Positions 16,700-25,699 of a stretch of DNA of 32,915 bases are shown here, piece after piece; position 1 is the first letter of the stretch; every line of letters starts with the position of its first letter. Under the pieces are notes generated by a model, which worked only from the letters and a program-made list of their open reading frames with translations, was not told where the DNA came from and searched no databases. Both the position numbers and the translations under genes were made by a program. This stretch comes from Abditibacteriaceae bacterium. GTDB lineage: Bacteria; Armatimonadota; Abditibacteriia; Abditibacteriales; Abditibacteriaceae. The stretch spans positions 1 through 32,915 of the forward strand of contig JANPJS010000063.1 of the NCBI GenBank assembly GCA_031425655.1, read 5' to 3'.

Positions 16700-16737
16700 A
16701 CAAGAGACTCTGTTGACAAGGGGTAAAACGACCTCTT
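16700..16737 (+). repeat. Repeat B copy 2
   Basis: ACAAGAGACTCTGTTGACAAGGGGTAAAACGACCTCTT. ACAAGAG and CTCTTGT close a short hairpin. Confidence 0.85.
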
Positions 16738-16822
16738 GTCTTTTTTATTTTTCGCCTCTCCCTTCAGTCTGCTTCAAACTCCCAATCGGCCACTTGGCGG
16801 ACTCATTCTGCGCGCCGCATAG

Positions 16823-16831
16823 TGCTATAAT
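16823..16831 (+). promoter_or_regulatory. Extended -10 promoter element for the EF-G-like gene
   Basis: TGCTATAAT ~30 nt upstream of the start codon, with a GGAGG RBS between them. Confidence 0.55.
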
Positions 16832-16863
16832 GCCTTTTAATTCCCCGATTTTTGGAGGTTGAG

Positions 16864-18912
16864 ATGAAAGAATATGCTCCTGAAGCGATCAGGAACGTGG
16901 CTTTCGCCTCGCATAGCGGTTCCGGCAAGACCAGTCTTGCGGAAGCCTGCCTGTATCTTGCGGGAGCGACCGACCGGCTGGGCAAAGTGGACGACGGCAA
17001 CGCCGTCAGCGATTATCTGCCCGAAGAAATCAAGCGCCGCAGCTCGATTTGGACGGGTGTGATGGCCTTCGAGCACGAAAAGCTGAAAATCAACCTGCTC
17101 GACACGCCCGGATATGCCGACTTCTTCGGCGAGGTGGTGTCAGCGCTCAACGCCGTCGAAAATGTCGTGCTTGTGGCCAACGCCACGCATCCGGTTGAAT
17201 TTGGGTTGGAACACGCCGCGCAACACGCCATGTCTCACGGACTGGCGTGTTTTGTTTTTATCAACGAACTGGATAAAGAGCGCGCCAACTACGACGTAAC
17301 CTTCGACGCCCTGCACGACCGGATGCACCTGCCCGTCGTCGCGCTGACTTATCCACTGGGACAGGAAAGCAGTTTGCGCGGCTGGATTGATGTCATCGAG
17401 GGCAAAGCCTACGAAGACGCAGCGGGCAAACTCAGCGAAGTGCCGATTCCCGACGGATGCAGGGCGCGCGTTGAAGAATTGCACTCGCAGTTGGTCGAGG
17501 CCATCGTCGAAGTGGACGACGCCGCGATGGAAAAGTATCTCGATGGCGGCCAGCTTTCGCGCGACGAGATTATTCCGCTGATTCGCCAGTGCATCTCGTC
17601 GGGGCGCATCGCGCCCGTTCTGTGCGGCAGCGCCACGAAATTGCTTGGCGTGCGCCGATTGCTCGATCAACTCGTGCTGTGCGCGGTGCCGCCGCAAGCC
17701 AAACAAGACGTAGCGGCAGATGCCAACGCACCCTTCGCGGGCTTCGTGGTGAAAACTTTTTCCGACCCGCACACAGGCCGCGCGACGTTTCTTAAAATCG
17801 TGCGCGGCACGCTGGGGCGCGAGTCCGAGATTATCAATCTCAGCAACGGTTCGCACGAGAAAATCGCGCACCTTTACGCGCCGCTGGGCAAAAAAAGCGC
17901 TGAAGTGTCGCAAATGTGCGCGGGCGACATCGCTTTAGTTTTGAAATTGAAAAACACGCACACCAACGACAGTTTGGGCGCCTCGTCCGACAGTCCGCGC
18001 TTCGCCAAACCCGATTATCCTCAATCGCTTTACGCCCTCGCCTTAGATCCGGCCACGCGCGGCGATGACGACAAAATGAACGAGGCCTTAGCACGCTTGT
18101 TGGACGAAGACCCATCGTTCCACGTTGTTCGCAACGCGGAAACCCATCAAACGGTGGCTTACGGATTGGGCGATGTGCATTTGCAAACCCTGATTTCGCG
18201 TTTGCAGAGCGCGTTCGGTGTGAAAATCAACGTCAGCCAGCCGCGCATCGCGTATCACGAAACAATTCGCAAAGCCGTCAAAGTTGAAGGCAAATTGAAA
18301 AAGCAGTCGGGCGGGCACGGGCAATTTGCCGATGTGTGGCTGGAAGTCGAGCCGAACGCGCCGGGCGCTGGCTTTGAGTTCGTGGATAAAATCGTCGGCG
18401 GCGTCGTTCCGCGCGCTTTTATTCCCGCCGTCGAGGAAGGCGTGCGCGACGCATTAAAAGAAGGCCCGTTGGCCGGCTGTCCGCTCGTGGACGTGAAAGT
18501 GACGCTCTACGACGGCAAGTTTCACGATGTGGATTCGTCGTATCAGACCTTCAAGCAGGCGGGTTCCTATGGCTTACGCAGCGGCGCCAAGGAAGCCGCG
18601 CCGGTTTTGCTTGAACCCGTGATGAACGTCACGGTTGTTGCGCCCGAAGGCGGCGCGGGCGATGTTGTCGGCGATCTCAATGGCAGGCGCGGCCAGATTC
18701 TCGGTATGGAGCCAACCGGCGATGGCACCGTAAAAATCAACGCCTTAGTGCCCGACGCCTCGCTGATGCAATATCCGATCACGCTGCGTTCGCTCACACA
18801 CGGCGAAGGCCAATTCACCAAGCAATTCGCGCATTATGCGCCGGTTCCCGATCACGCGGCGAAACCATTGATTGAGGAATACCAAAAGCGCCGCGAAGCG
18901 AACGGGCACTGA
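16864..18912 (+). CDS. fusA2: Elongation factor G paralog (EF-G2/EF-G-like)
   Basis: IRNVA..SHSGSGKTSL, DTPGYADF, GLGDVHL, KKQSGGHGQFA, DGKFHDVDSS and LLEPVM. Stand-alone gene with degenerate G motifs relative to canonical FusA. Confidence 0.88.
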   Translation: MKEYAPEAIRNVAFASHSGSGKTSLAEACLYLAGATDRLGKVDDGNAVSDYLPEEIKRRSSIWTGVMAFEHEKLKINLLDTPGYADFFGEVVSALNAVENVVLVANATHPVEFGLEHAAQHAMSHGLACFVFINELDKERANYDVTFDALHDRMHLPVVALTYPLGQESSLRGWIDVIEGKAYEDAAGKLSEVPIPDGCRARVEELHSQLVEAIVEVDDAAMEKYLDGGQLSRDEIIPLIRQCISSGRIAPVLCGSATKLLGVRRLLDQLVLCAVPPQAKQDVAADANAPFAGFVVKTFSDPHTGRATFLKIVRGTLGRESEIINLSNGSHEKIAHLYAPLGKKSAEVSQMCAGDIALVLKLKNTHTNDSLGASSDSPRFAKPDYPQSLYALALDPATRGDDDKMNEALARLLDEDPSFHVVRNAETHQTVAYGLGDVHLQTLISRLQSAFGVKINVSQPRIAYHETIRKAVKVEGKLKKQSGGHGQFADVWLEVEPNAPGAGFEFVDKIVGGVVPRAFIPAVEEGVRDALKEGPLAGCPLVDVKVTLYDGKFHDVDSSYQTFKQAGSYGLRSGAKEAAPVLLEPVMNVTVVAPEGGAGDVVGDLNGRRGQILGMEPTGDGTVKINALVPDASLMQYPITLRSLTHGEGQFTKQFAHYAPVPDHAAKPLIEEYQKRREANGH

Positions 18913-19025
18913 AAGAAGGGATGAGGGCGGAGGGATGAAGGATGAAAAGTCGCGTTTCACGCCGTTGGTTTTCGCGCCGCAGGCGCTTTTCATCCTTCAT
19001 CCTTCCGCCCTCATCCCTTCTTTCA
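18910..19025. repeat. Inverted repeat built from GGATGAA/GGCGGAA heptamers
   Basis: 40-bp arms TGAAAGAAGGGATGAGGGCGGAGGGATGAAGGATGAAAAG with 1 mismatch. Confidence 0.9.
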
Positions 19026-19096
19026 ACGCAACCTATTTTTTCACAAGGCGTTAAGTTTCCCCGCGCGTGAACAAAAAACATGAGCGTGGAGAACGC

Positions 19097-19495
19097 ATGG
19101 AAGCCTCAAAACCCACAGTGAACAGCATTAAAGAAAGCCCGTGCGGCAACGTCAGCGGCCCGGACGCATTTATCACCGCGCACGAAGAAGTGGAAGACGC
19201 TTACGATGCGTTGTTGGCTTTGGAGCGCGAATTTCAGTGCGCGGCGGCGGGCCAGATTTCGCGGCGACGTTGCGGCGAAAGCAGATTATTGCAGTCGCTG
19301 AATATGGAATGCGTGAACTTTCTGGCGCGGCAAAACATGGCGACTTCACCCGAATGGCGCGCGGCTTGGGAACGCTTCGAGAGCGCTGCAACTGCTTACA
19401 GAAGCATCGTGCAGGAAATGCGCGGACAAATGGACGTGGTTGAAGTGACGCACGTCGAAGTGGAAATCGTCACCGTCACACGTGCTGTGGGCTGA
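19097..19495 (+). CDS. Hypothetical helical protein
   Basis: GGAG RBS before ATG 19097, fills the gap and is followed by a hairpin. No family recognised. Confidence 0.6.
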   Translation: MEASKPTVNSIKESPCGNVSGPDAFITAHEEVEDAYDALLALEREFQCAAAGQISRRRCGESRLLQSLNMECVNFLARQNMATSPEWRAAWERFESAATAYRSIVQEMRGQMDVVEVTHVEVEIVTVTRAVG

Positions 19496-19519
19496 GAGGC
19501 TTTTACGGTTACAAACGAA

Positions 19520-19553
19520 AAGAGCGCGGACTTCGATTGAAGTCCACGCTCTT
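19520..19553. terminator. Hairpin between convergent genes
   Basis: AAGAGCGCGGACTTC-gatt-GAAGTCCACGCTCTT. Confidence 0.7.
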
Positions 19554-19562
19554 GCTTGTTTC

Positions 19563-20759
19563 TCACACAGGCGTTATGCCTTCGGAGGCTTTGGCTTCTG
19601 CGACGTTGGTTTGCTGCACAATTTCCGTAACGTGTTCCTCGTGCGATTCATCACGATTCGATTTTTCATTTTCGGGCGGCGTTTCCGGCAAGGGCGTGGT
19701 CATCTGCGGAAACAAATAAATTAACAGAACACGCAGCGAAGCCACGACCGGGACAGCTAAAATCATGTAAATCGGGCTACCCATCGAGGCGCCGGCCAAC
19801 AAAGCGAAAATCACCAGCAGCGGATGCAATCCGATGCCCTTACCCAGCACGCGCGGCGCGATGACGTAATCAATAGCCAGATTGAAAACCACACACGAGC
19901 CGACAGCTAACGCCGCGCATAACCCCGGCTGCGACGAAGTTAGATAAGCCGTTAATCCCGCCGCCGAAACCACAGCCAGCACACCGACGTAAGGCACGAT
20001 GTAAATCACACCCGCGATGACACCCAAAATCAGTCCGTATTGCATTCCCAGCGTCAAACCAAGAATCCAAAAACTGATGGTGCAAAGCAAGCCGAACAAA
20101 CCGCACACGATCATCTGACCGCGCACGTAACGTCCCAGCAATCCGTTGATGCTGGCCGCGATTTCAACGACATCACGGCGATGCTCCGGCGGCACCAGCA
20201 TCAAAGCGCGTCCGCGAATAGCGTTCATTTCCAGCATGAAATTAAGCGTCAGAATCGGCAAAATTATCATGTTCACCATCAAAGCGCCCAGCGAGCCGAC
20301 GATGTTTTGCATCATGGAAACCGCGAATCCCTGACCCCACTCGGTGATTCTGGCCGAAAGCTGCGCGACCGTAGACAGCGCGCCGGTTTTCAGCGCACCC
20401 GGCAGGCGCATCCGCAGAATCATGGTGCGCAGATTTTCCTGCCAGTGCGACAGGGAATCGAGAAACGGCTTGGGATTGCCCTGAAGTTCCTGCGCCTGCT
20501 GCCAAGCCGCTATAAGCAGCGCGACGAGCAAGGCGAAAAGCAGTAAAAACACCAGAAACACGAAGCCTACGGCGCCCGAACGCGAATAGCCACGACGCTC
20601 AAGAAGCTGAAGAACCGGCTCCGAAGCATAGGCCAACAGCGCCGCTACGAAAAATATCGGCAGCGCGGAGCGCACCATATAAAGCAAATACGCGCCGCCT
20701 AAAAAGACCAGCGCGTATCCGACGTAGCGTAAAACAATGGCGTCAAGAGAGCGTTTCAT
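19563..20759 (-). CDS. AI-2E (PerM/UPF0118) family transporter
   Basis: Multi-TM protein with PIFFVAALLAY..EP, YVRGQ, IVPYVG, PRVLGKGIGLHP and ILAVPV. Start at ATG 20759. Confidence 0.92.
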   Translation of the reverse strand: MKRSLDAIVLRYVGYALVFLGGAYLLYMVRSALPIFFVAALLAYASEPVLQLLERRGYSRSGAVGFVFLVFLLLFALLVALLIAAWQQAQELQGNPKPFLDSLSHWQENLRTMILRMRLPGALKTGALSTVAQLSARITEWGQGFAVSMMQNIVGSLGALMVNMIILPILTLNFMLEMNAIRGRALMLVPPEHRRDVVEIAASINGLLGRYVRGQMIVCGLFGLLCTISFWILGLTLGMQYGLILGVIAGVIYIVPYVGVLAVVSAAGLTAYLTSSQPGLCAALAVGSCVVFNLAIDYVIAPRVLGKGIGLHPLLVIFALLAGASMGSPIYMILAVPVVASLRVLLIYLFPQMTTPLPETPPENEKSNRDESHEEHVTEIVQQTNVAEAKASEGITPV

Positions 20760-20762
20760 AAG

Positions 20763-20834
20763 AGTTTTGAGTTTTGAGTTTTGAGTTTTGAGTTGAGCTG
20801 TTAACTCATAATTCAAAACTTAAAACTCAAAACT
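20763..20834. repeat. Heptamer (TTTTGAG)n tandem repeat with an inverted partner
   Basis: AGTTTTG x4, then TCAAAAC-type units in inverted orientation. Confidence 0.88.
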
Positions 20835-21825
20835 ACCACCGTGCGTTCGGGCCGAAATCGGCTTGATAATAGGTTGCGACGTGAGTTCCGGGTTCGATCA
20901 GTTCGTCCACGCGCTTGTGGTCGGCGGCGCTGATTTCGACTTCCAGCGATTTAAGGTTACCTTCCAACTGCTCCATCGTGCGCGGGCCAATAATCGGGCT
21001 GGTCACAGCCGGATTGGCAGCGCACCACGCGAGGGCGAAGGCGTCCATGTCGCACGACTTTTCCTCAGCCAATTGGCGCACGCCTTCGATGACTTTCCAA
21101 GCCGCAGGGGGCACTGGTTCGCCGCTGCGAAACTTACCGCTTTCGTAGCGCGAGCCGCCCGGCCCTTTTTTGCCTTTGCGATATTTCCCGGTCAGCATTC
21201 CGCCGGCCAGAGGACTCCACGGAATCACGCCGATGCCGTAAGTTTGCGCCATCGGCAAAAGCTCGCGCTCGATACGCCGGTCGAGCAAATTATAGGGCGG
21301 CTGTTCGCTCACGAAGCGATTGAGTCCCAGTTTATCGCTGGCCCACAGGCTTTCCACCAACTGCCACGCGCCGAAGGTGCTGGTGCCGATGTAACGCACC
21401 TTGCCCTGCCGAATCAAGTCGTCGAGAGCGCGCAGCGTTTCATCAATGGGAGTCGCCGCCTGCGGGCGATGAATCTGATACAAGTCAATATGATCCACGT
21501 TCAGGCGCTTCAAACTGGCCTCGCAGCCCTGCATGATATGCAAACGCGAATTGCCCTGATCGTTTGGCCCTTCGCCCATTTTTCCATGCACTTTGCTGGC
21601 TAAAAATACGCCGTCGCGCCTGCCCTGAAGGGCGCGGCCCACGATGGTTTCGCTGGCGCCTTGGCCGTAAACATCGGCGGTATCGAGAAAATTGATGCCC
21701 GCATCCAGCGCGCGATGAATAATGGCGATAGATTCATCTTCTTCGGCGCCCCAGCCGAAATTCATGCAGCCCAAACAGAGCGGGCTGACTTTGGCCCCGG
21801 TTCGTCCCAGCGTTTTGTAATCCAT
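20833..21825 (-). CDS. Aldo/keto reductase
   Basis: LGRTGAKVSPLCLGCMNFG, DTADVYG, SLKRL..DHIDLYQIH, GKVRYIG and WSPLAGG. Confidence 0.95.
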   Translation of the reverse strand: MDYKTLGRTGAKVSPLCLGCMNFGWGAEEDESIAIIHRALDAGINFLDTADVYGQGASETIVGRALQGRRDGVFLASKVHGKMGEGPNDQGNSRLHIMQGCEASLKRLNVDHIDLYQIHRPQAATPIDETLRALDDLIRQGKVRYIGTSTFGAWQLVESLWASDKLGLNRFVSEQPPYNLLDRRIERELLPMAQTYGIGVIPWSPLAGGMLTGKYRKGKKGPGGSRYESGKFRSGEPVPPAAWKVIEGVRQLAEEKSCDMDAFALAWCAANPAVTSPIIGPRTMEQLEGNLKSLEVEISAADHKRVDELIEPGTHVATYYQADFGPNARW

Positions 21826-21843
21826 GTTTGCCTTTCTTCGGAT

Positions 21844-21960
21844 TTAAACACAAAGGACACAAAGCAGGCACAAAGGCTCACAAAGAAAGTTCAAGAAAAG
21901 GGGGCCGGTAATGAAAATCTTTGTGAGTCTTTGCGCTTGCTTTGTGTCCTTTGTGTTTAA
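21844..21960. repeat. Inverted repeat built from CACAAAG units
   Basis: 43-bp arms (21844-21886 and 21918-21960) with 3 mismatches. Confidence 0.9.
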
Positions 21961-21968
21961 TTGTTGTT

Positions 21969-23279
21969 GTGAGAATCTTAATGACCGCGTTCGGCTCGTT
22001 TGGTGACGTGCATCCCTATATGGCGCTCGCGCTCGAATTGCAAAGGCGCGGCCATGCGCCGGTTATCGCCACCAGCGAGCTTTACCGCCAGAAAATCCTC
22101 GAAGCCGGCCTCGAATTTTTCCCGGTGCGCCCGGATTTGCCCCCGCCCGACGAAGCCGGGCCGCTCATCGAGCGCGTCACTGCCGGAGCCAACGGCACGA
22201 AGTATCTTTTCAAAGATTTGCTGATGCCGAATCTGCGCGGCGCCTATGAAGATTTAACGCGCGCCGTGCAAGGTGCCGATTTAATGGTGGCCCATATCGT
22301 GCCGATGGCGGCGCCGATGGTCGCTGAAAAAACGGGAATCCCGTGGATTTCGACGGTTTTAGCGCCCGTTTCCTTCTTTTCGGCCTACGATCCCTCCGTT
22401 CCGCCCCTTAATTCGACGCTTTTCATGCTGCTGAGCCGTCTTGGCCCGCGCGTGATGAAGCCGATGAAGCGGCTTGGCGAGCGTGTCGTAGAGCCGTGGA
22501 TTCAACCGATTTACGATTTGCGCCGTGAGCTTGGACTGCCGCGCGGCGCGCATCCGATGTTCGGCGGGCAACATTCGCCGCAGCGCGTTTTAGCGCTGTT
22601 TTCGCCGCTTCTCGGCGCGCCGCAACCCGATTGGCCGCCTGAAACCATGCAGACCGGCTTCTGCTTTTACGATAAACGAGGCCGTGTGCCCGGCGCCAGC
22701 GACGAAGTTGGCGGCGATGCGCTGTCGCCCGCTCTCGAAGCGTTTTTGCAGGCCGGTGACGCGCCGATTGTCTTCACGCTCGGCTCGTCGGTGGTGCTGG
22801 CATCGGGCGACTTTTACGAGCAGAGCGCCCAAGCCGCAAAGCTCTTAAATCGTCGCGCGGTTTTGCTCGTTGGCGATGCGCGCGGGGCGCCGCAAAATCT
22901 GCCGGAGGGCGTGGCCGCCTTCGATTACGCGCCGTATTCGGAGATTTTTCCGCGCGCGGCTGCGATTGTGCATTCAGGCGGCGTCGGCACCACAGCGCAA
23001 GCGATGCGCGCTGGCAAACCGATGCTTATCATGCCGTTTTCCAACGACCAGCCCGACCACGCTTATCGCATGGCCCGGCTCGGCATCGGACGCGGCATCG
23101 CTCGATACCGCTATAACGCGACCAACGCCGCACGCGAATTGGATATTCTGCTCAGCGACGAAAATTACGCAGCGCGCGGCGCAGAAGTCGGAAGTCAGGT
23201 GCGCGCCGAAAACGGCGTGGCGCGGGCCTGCGACGAAATTGAGGGGTTTAGCGCAAAGTCAGCAAGCGCACGCGATTGA
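21969..23279 (+). CDS. Family 1 (UGT/RhlB-like) glycosyltransferase
   Basis: GSFGDVHP.MALA..L..RGH, FTLGS, HSGGVGTT and PFSNDQ. GTG start inferred. Confidence 0.92.
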   Translation: MRILMTAFGSFGDVHPYMALALELQRRGHAPVIATSELYRQKILEAGLEFFPVRPDLPPPDEAGPLIERVTAGANGTKYLFKDLLMPNLRGAYEDLTRAVQGADLMVAHIVPMAAPMVAEKTGIPWISTVLAPVSFFSAYDPSVPPLNSTLFMLLSRLGPRVMKPMKRLGERVVEPWIQPIYDLRRELGLPRGAHPMFGGQHSPQRVLALFSPLLGAPQPDWPPETMQTGFCFYDKRGRVPGASDEVGGDALSPALEAFLQAGDAPIVFTLGSSVVLASGDFYEQSAQAAKLLNRRAVLLVGDARGAPQNLPEGVAAFDYAPYSEIFPRAAAIVHSGGVGTTAQAMRAGKPMLIMPFSNDQPDHAYRMARLGIGRGIARYRYNATNAARELDILLSDENYAARGAEVGSQVRAENGVARACDEIEGFSAKSASARD

Positions 23280-24309
23280 ACGGGCCGCCAACTCCGCCGC
23301 CGCCATCGGCGATCACTAACGTGGCACCGTTGTTTCTCAGAGCGATGCCTTCCTGACCTTGAAAACGCGCCTGCGCGCCGGTGCCGTCGCGGAATCCGGC
23401 GGTGCCGTCGCCGGCGATGGTTTCCACTTGACCCGTCGGGCGGATGCGACGAATGCGATGGTTGGAATTGTCGCTGACGTAAATATTACCGGCGGCATCA
23501 ATGTCCACGTCCTGCGGCGCGTTGAAAAGCGCCTGCGAACGGTCGCCGTCGCGGAACCCGGCAGTGCCATTGCCTGCGAATGTCGTGACAACTCCGGCGG
23601 GCGTCACTAAACGCAGCGCATGGTTATTTTGATCGGCCAGCAAAATGTTGCCTTCGGGCGTAATCGCCGGGCCGTAAGGACGGCTGAAACGCGCCGCGAT
23701 GCCCTGCCCGTTGACAAAGCCAGCCGTGCCGCTCGAACCCGCCAGAGGCCGGACGACGCCCGTATTCACGTTAAGCAAACGCACGTCGCTGCGCGTGAGA
23801 TCGCACAGCACAAGCTGCGAGTTATTCAAAGCCACGATGCCGCGCGGGCGACCATTCAAATTGCGCGCGACGACCGTCGCGGTGCGCGCCGCGATGTCCA
23901 CGCGCCAGATCGTGCCCGTCGTGCCGTCGCGCGCTCCGGTGTCGTTGGCGTCGGTTTGCACGAAAAGACGCCCGTCGGGCATAAACGCGATGCCGAAAGG
24001 CGTGTTGAAATTCGCCTGATTGACGATGGTTTCCACCACGCCCGCCGTCGTAATGCGGCGCACGCGCCCGTTATCGAAATCGCAGACGTAAATGTTACCT
24101 GCCGCGTCGGTGGCCACGTTAACGGGGTTGTTGAAACTCGCGCTTGCCAACGGCCCGTCGGCGTTGCCCGCAGTCGCGCCGCCAGCCAACGTGCTGGCCG
24201 GATTTTGCGCGCCCGGCACATTGACATTGCTGCCGCCACAACCCGCAAGTGCCAGCGTCAGAGCGCCTCCAGCCATCCATTTTCCGGCCTGTCGAACGAT
24301 GCTTTTCAT
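23248..24309 (-). CDS. NHL-repeat beta-propeller lipoprotein
   Basis: Lipobox LAGC and repeated (A/G)G.G..GF.DG...A.F..P..(V/I)...GNIYV.D..N.RIR units. Confidence 0.9.
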   Translation of the reverse strand: MKSIVRQAGKWMAGGALTLALAGCGGSNVNVPGAQNPASTLAGGATAGNADGPLASASFNNPVNVATDAAGNIYVCDFDNGRVRRITTAGVVETIVNQANFNTPFGIAFMPDGRLFVQTDANDTGARDGTTGTIWRVDIAARTATVVARNLNGRPRGIVALNNSQLVLCDLTRSDVRLLNVNTGVVRPLAGSSGTAGFVNGQGIAARFSRPYGPAITPEGNILLADQNNHALRLVTPAGVVTTFAGNGTAGFRDGDRSQALFNAPQDVDIDAAGNIYVSDNSNHRIRRIRPTGQVETIAGDGTAGFRDGTGAQARFQGQEGIALRNNGATLVIADGGGGVGGPFNRVRLLTLR

Positions 24310-24492
24310 AATCCTCGCTCCTTTTCATTCCGTCCTGTGCTGCAACGCTGGGATGAATTATAACGCTGCTTTCCCGGACTTGTGCGAACGCCAAGCGCAA
24401 GAGATTTTCCAGCGTTGCGTTGAATTTTTCGGCTGATTGGAGGCGCGGAAAATGGCCGGAGTTTTGATAGATTTTCAGTCGCACATTCGGTA

Positions 24493-25596
24493 ATGTATCG
24501 CGCGGATGCTCGCCGTTTTGCAGAAGCGATGCGTCAAATTAACCATAACTATCGGCCTGATTTTTCGCCTCGGTTTTCAAATTACGCTAAAATTCGCAGG
24601 GTGCCTGCCGAAGAAGCCGTTATCAACGTCGCGCCGCAAGAGCGCGAAAAACCGTCGCCCGCCGGGTTTTGGGAATCGCCGTGGCCGTGGCTGGCGCTGC
24701 TTTTTGTGTTGCAATTGGGCGCTCCGTATCTTCCGATTCCCAATCGCACGGCGGCTCTGGCGGCGTTTCTGCTTTCGACCGCGCTTTACGTTTACGCGGT
24801 TGTGCAGGCCATCGCGCTGGGCACGCGCGGCAAGCTGCCGGCCTTCGTTTTAACCGCCGGATTGCTCGGCTGCGCGCTGCTGTGGTGGATTCTCGATAAA
24901 TGGGGCATTCCCCTTGCCGGCGGCGCATTGAGAGAAGCGTTTGAGGCGCGGCGCAGGCCTGCGGCATCGCAGATTTTCGTTTTTCAACTGGCGCAGACGG
25001 CTCAAAGCGCGGCTCTCATCGGCGCTTCGGTTTTTGGCGGGAGCTTGGTGGCACGCCTGATTACCGCGCCGAATATGCTCGGCCCGATTTGCGGCGTTAT
25101 CGCGCTGATTGACATTTGGGGCGTGTTGTTTTCCGGCCCAGTGGCCCAAATGCTGGAAAAAGTGCCGGAAATCGCGCAAAAAGCGATGCCCGCGCTGCCG
25201 GCTGCCGGCGCTTTGTCGAAGGGCGGCGCGAACTTCGCCATCCAGCCGTTGCAAATCGGCGCCGGCGATTATTTGTTTCTCGGACTGCTTTTCGCCGCTT
25301 TGCATCTGAACAACATGAATTGGCGCAGCGCCGCGAAATTGGCAACGCCCTTCATTTTCGTGCTGCTGATGGTGGTGTTTTTCACAGGCTGGGCGCTGCC
25401 GGGACTGCCCGCCATCGGGCTTGCCGTCGCGCTGCCGAATCTGAGGTATTTTCAGTTCACGCGCGAGGAAAATTTTGCCATGCTATGGGCCGGGCTGCTG
25501 GTCATCGTGCTGAGCATCGGCGCTTATTTCGCCGTGCAAAAAGTGCTGCCGGACAAAAAATCATCTCAACCGCCGATGAACACCGATAAACGCTGA
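24493..25596 (+). CDS. Polytopic membrane protein, putative GxGD (presenilin/SPP-like) aspartyl protease
   Basis: About 9 hydrophobic segments with ALIDIWGV...GP, IGAGDYLF and ALPGLP. Start uncertain (GTG 24601 is possible). Confidence 0.65.
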   Translation: MYRADARRFAEAMRQINHNYRPDFSPRFSNYAKIRRVPAEEAVINVAPQEREKPSPAGFWESPWPWLALLFVLQLGAPYLPIPNRTAALAAFLLSTALYVYAVVQAIALGTRGKLPAFVLTAGLLGCALLWWILDKWGIPLAGGALREAFEARRRPAASQIFVFQLAQTAQSAALIGASVFGGSLVARLITAPNMLGPICGVIALIDIWGVLFSGPVAQMLEKVPEIAQKAMPALPAAGALSKGGANFAIQPLQIGAGDYLFLGLLFAALHLNNMNWRSAAKLATPFIFVLLMVVFFTGWALPGLPAIGLAVALPNLRYFQFTREENFAMLWAGLLVIVLSIGAYFAVQKVLPDKKSSQPPMNTDKR

Positions 25597-25683
25597 TAAA
25601 TTCTGAAAAGTAAGCCTTGAATAAAATCAAGAAGCACTTCAAATCTATTTTTAATCCGCGTTAATCCGCGTTAATCCGTGGTT
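25568..25683. repeat. Imperfect inverted repeat with 10-bp periodic units
   Basis: AACCGCCGATGAACACCGATAAACGCTGATAAA versus (TTAATCCGCG)2 TTAATCCGTGGTT. Confidence 0.8.
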
Positions 25684-25699
25684 AAAAACCAATACCATC

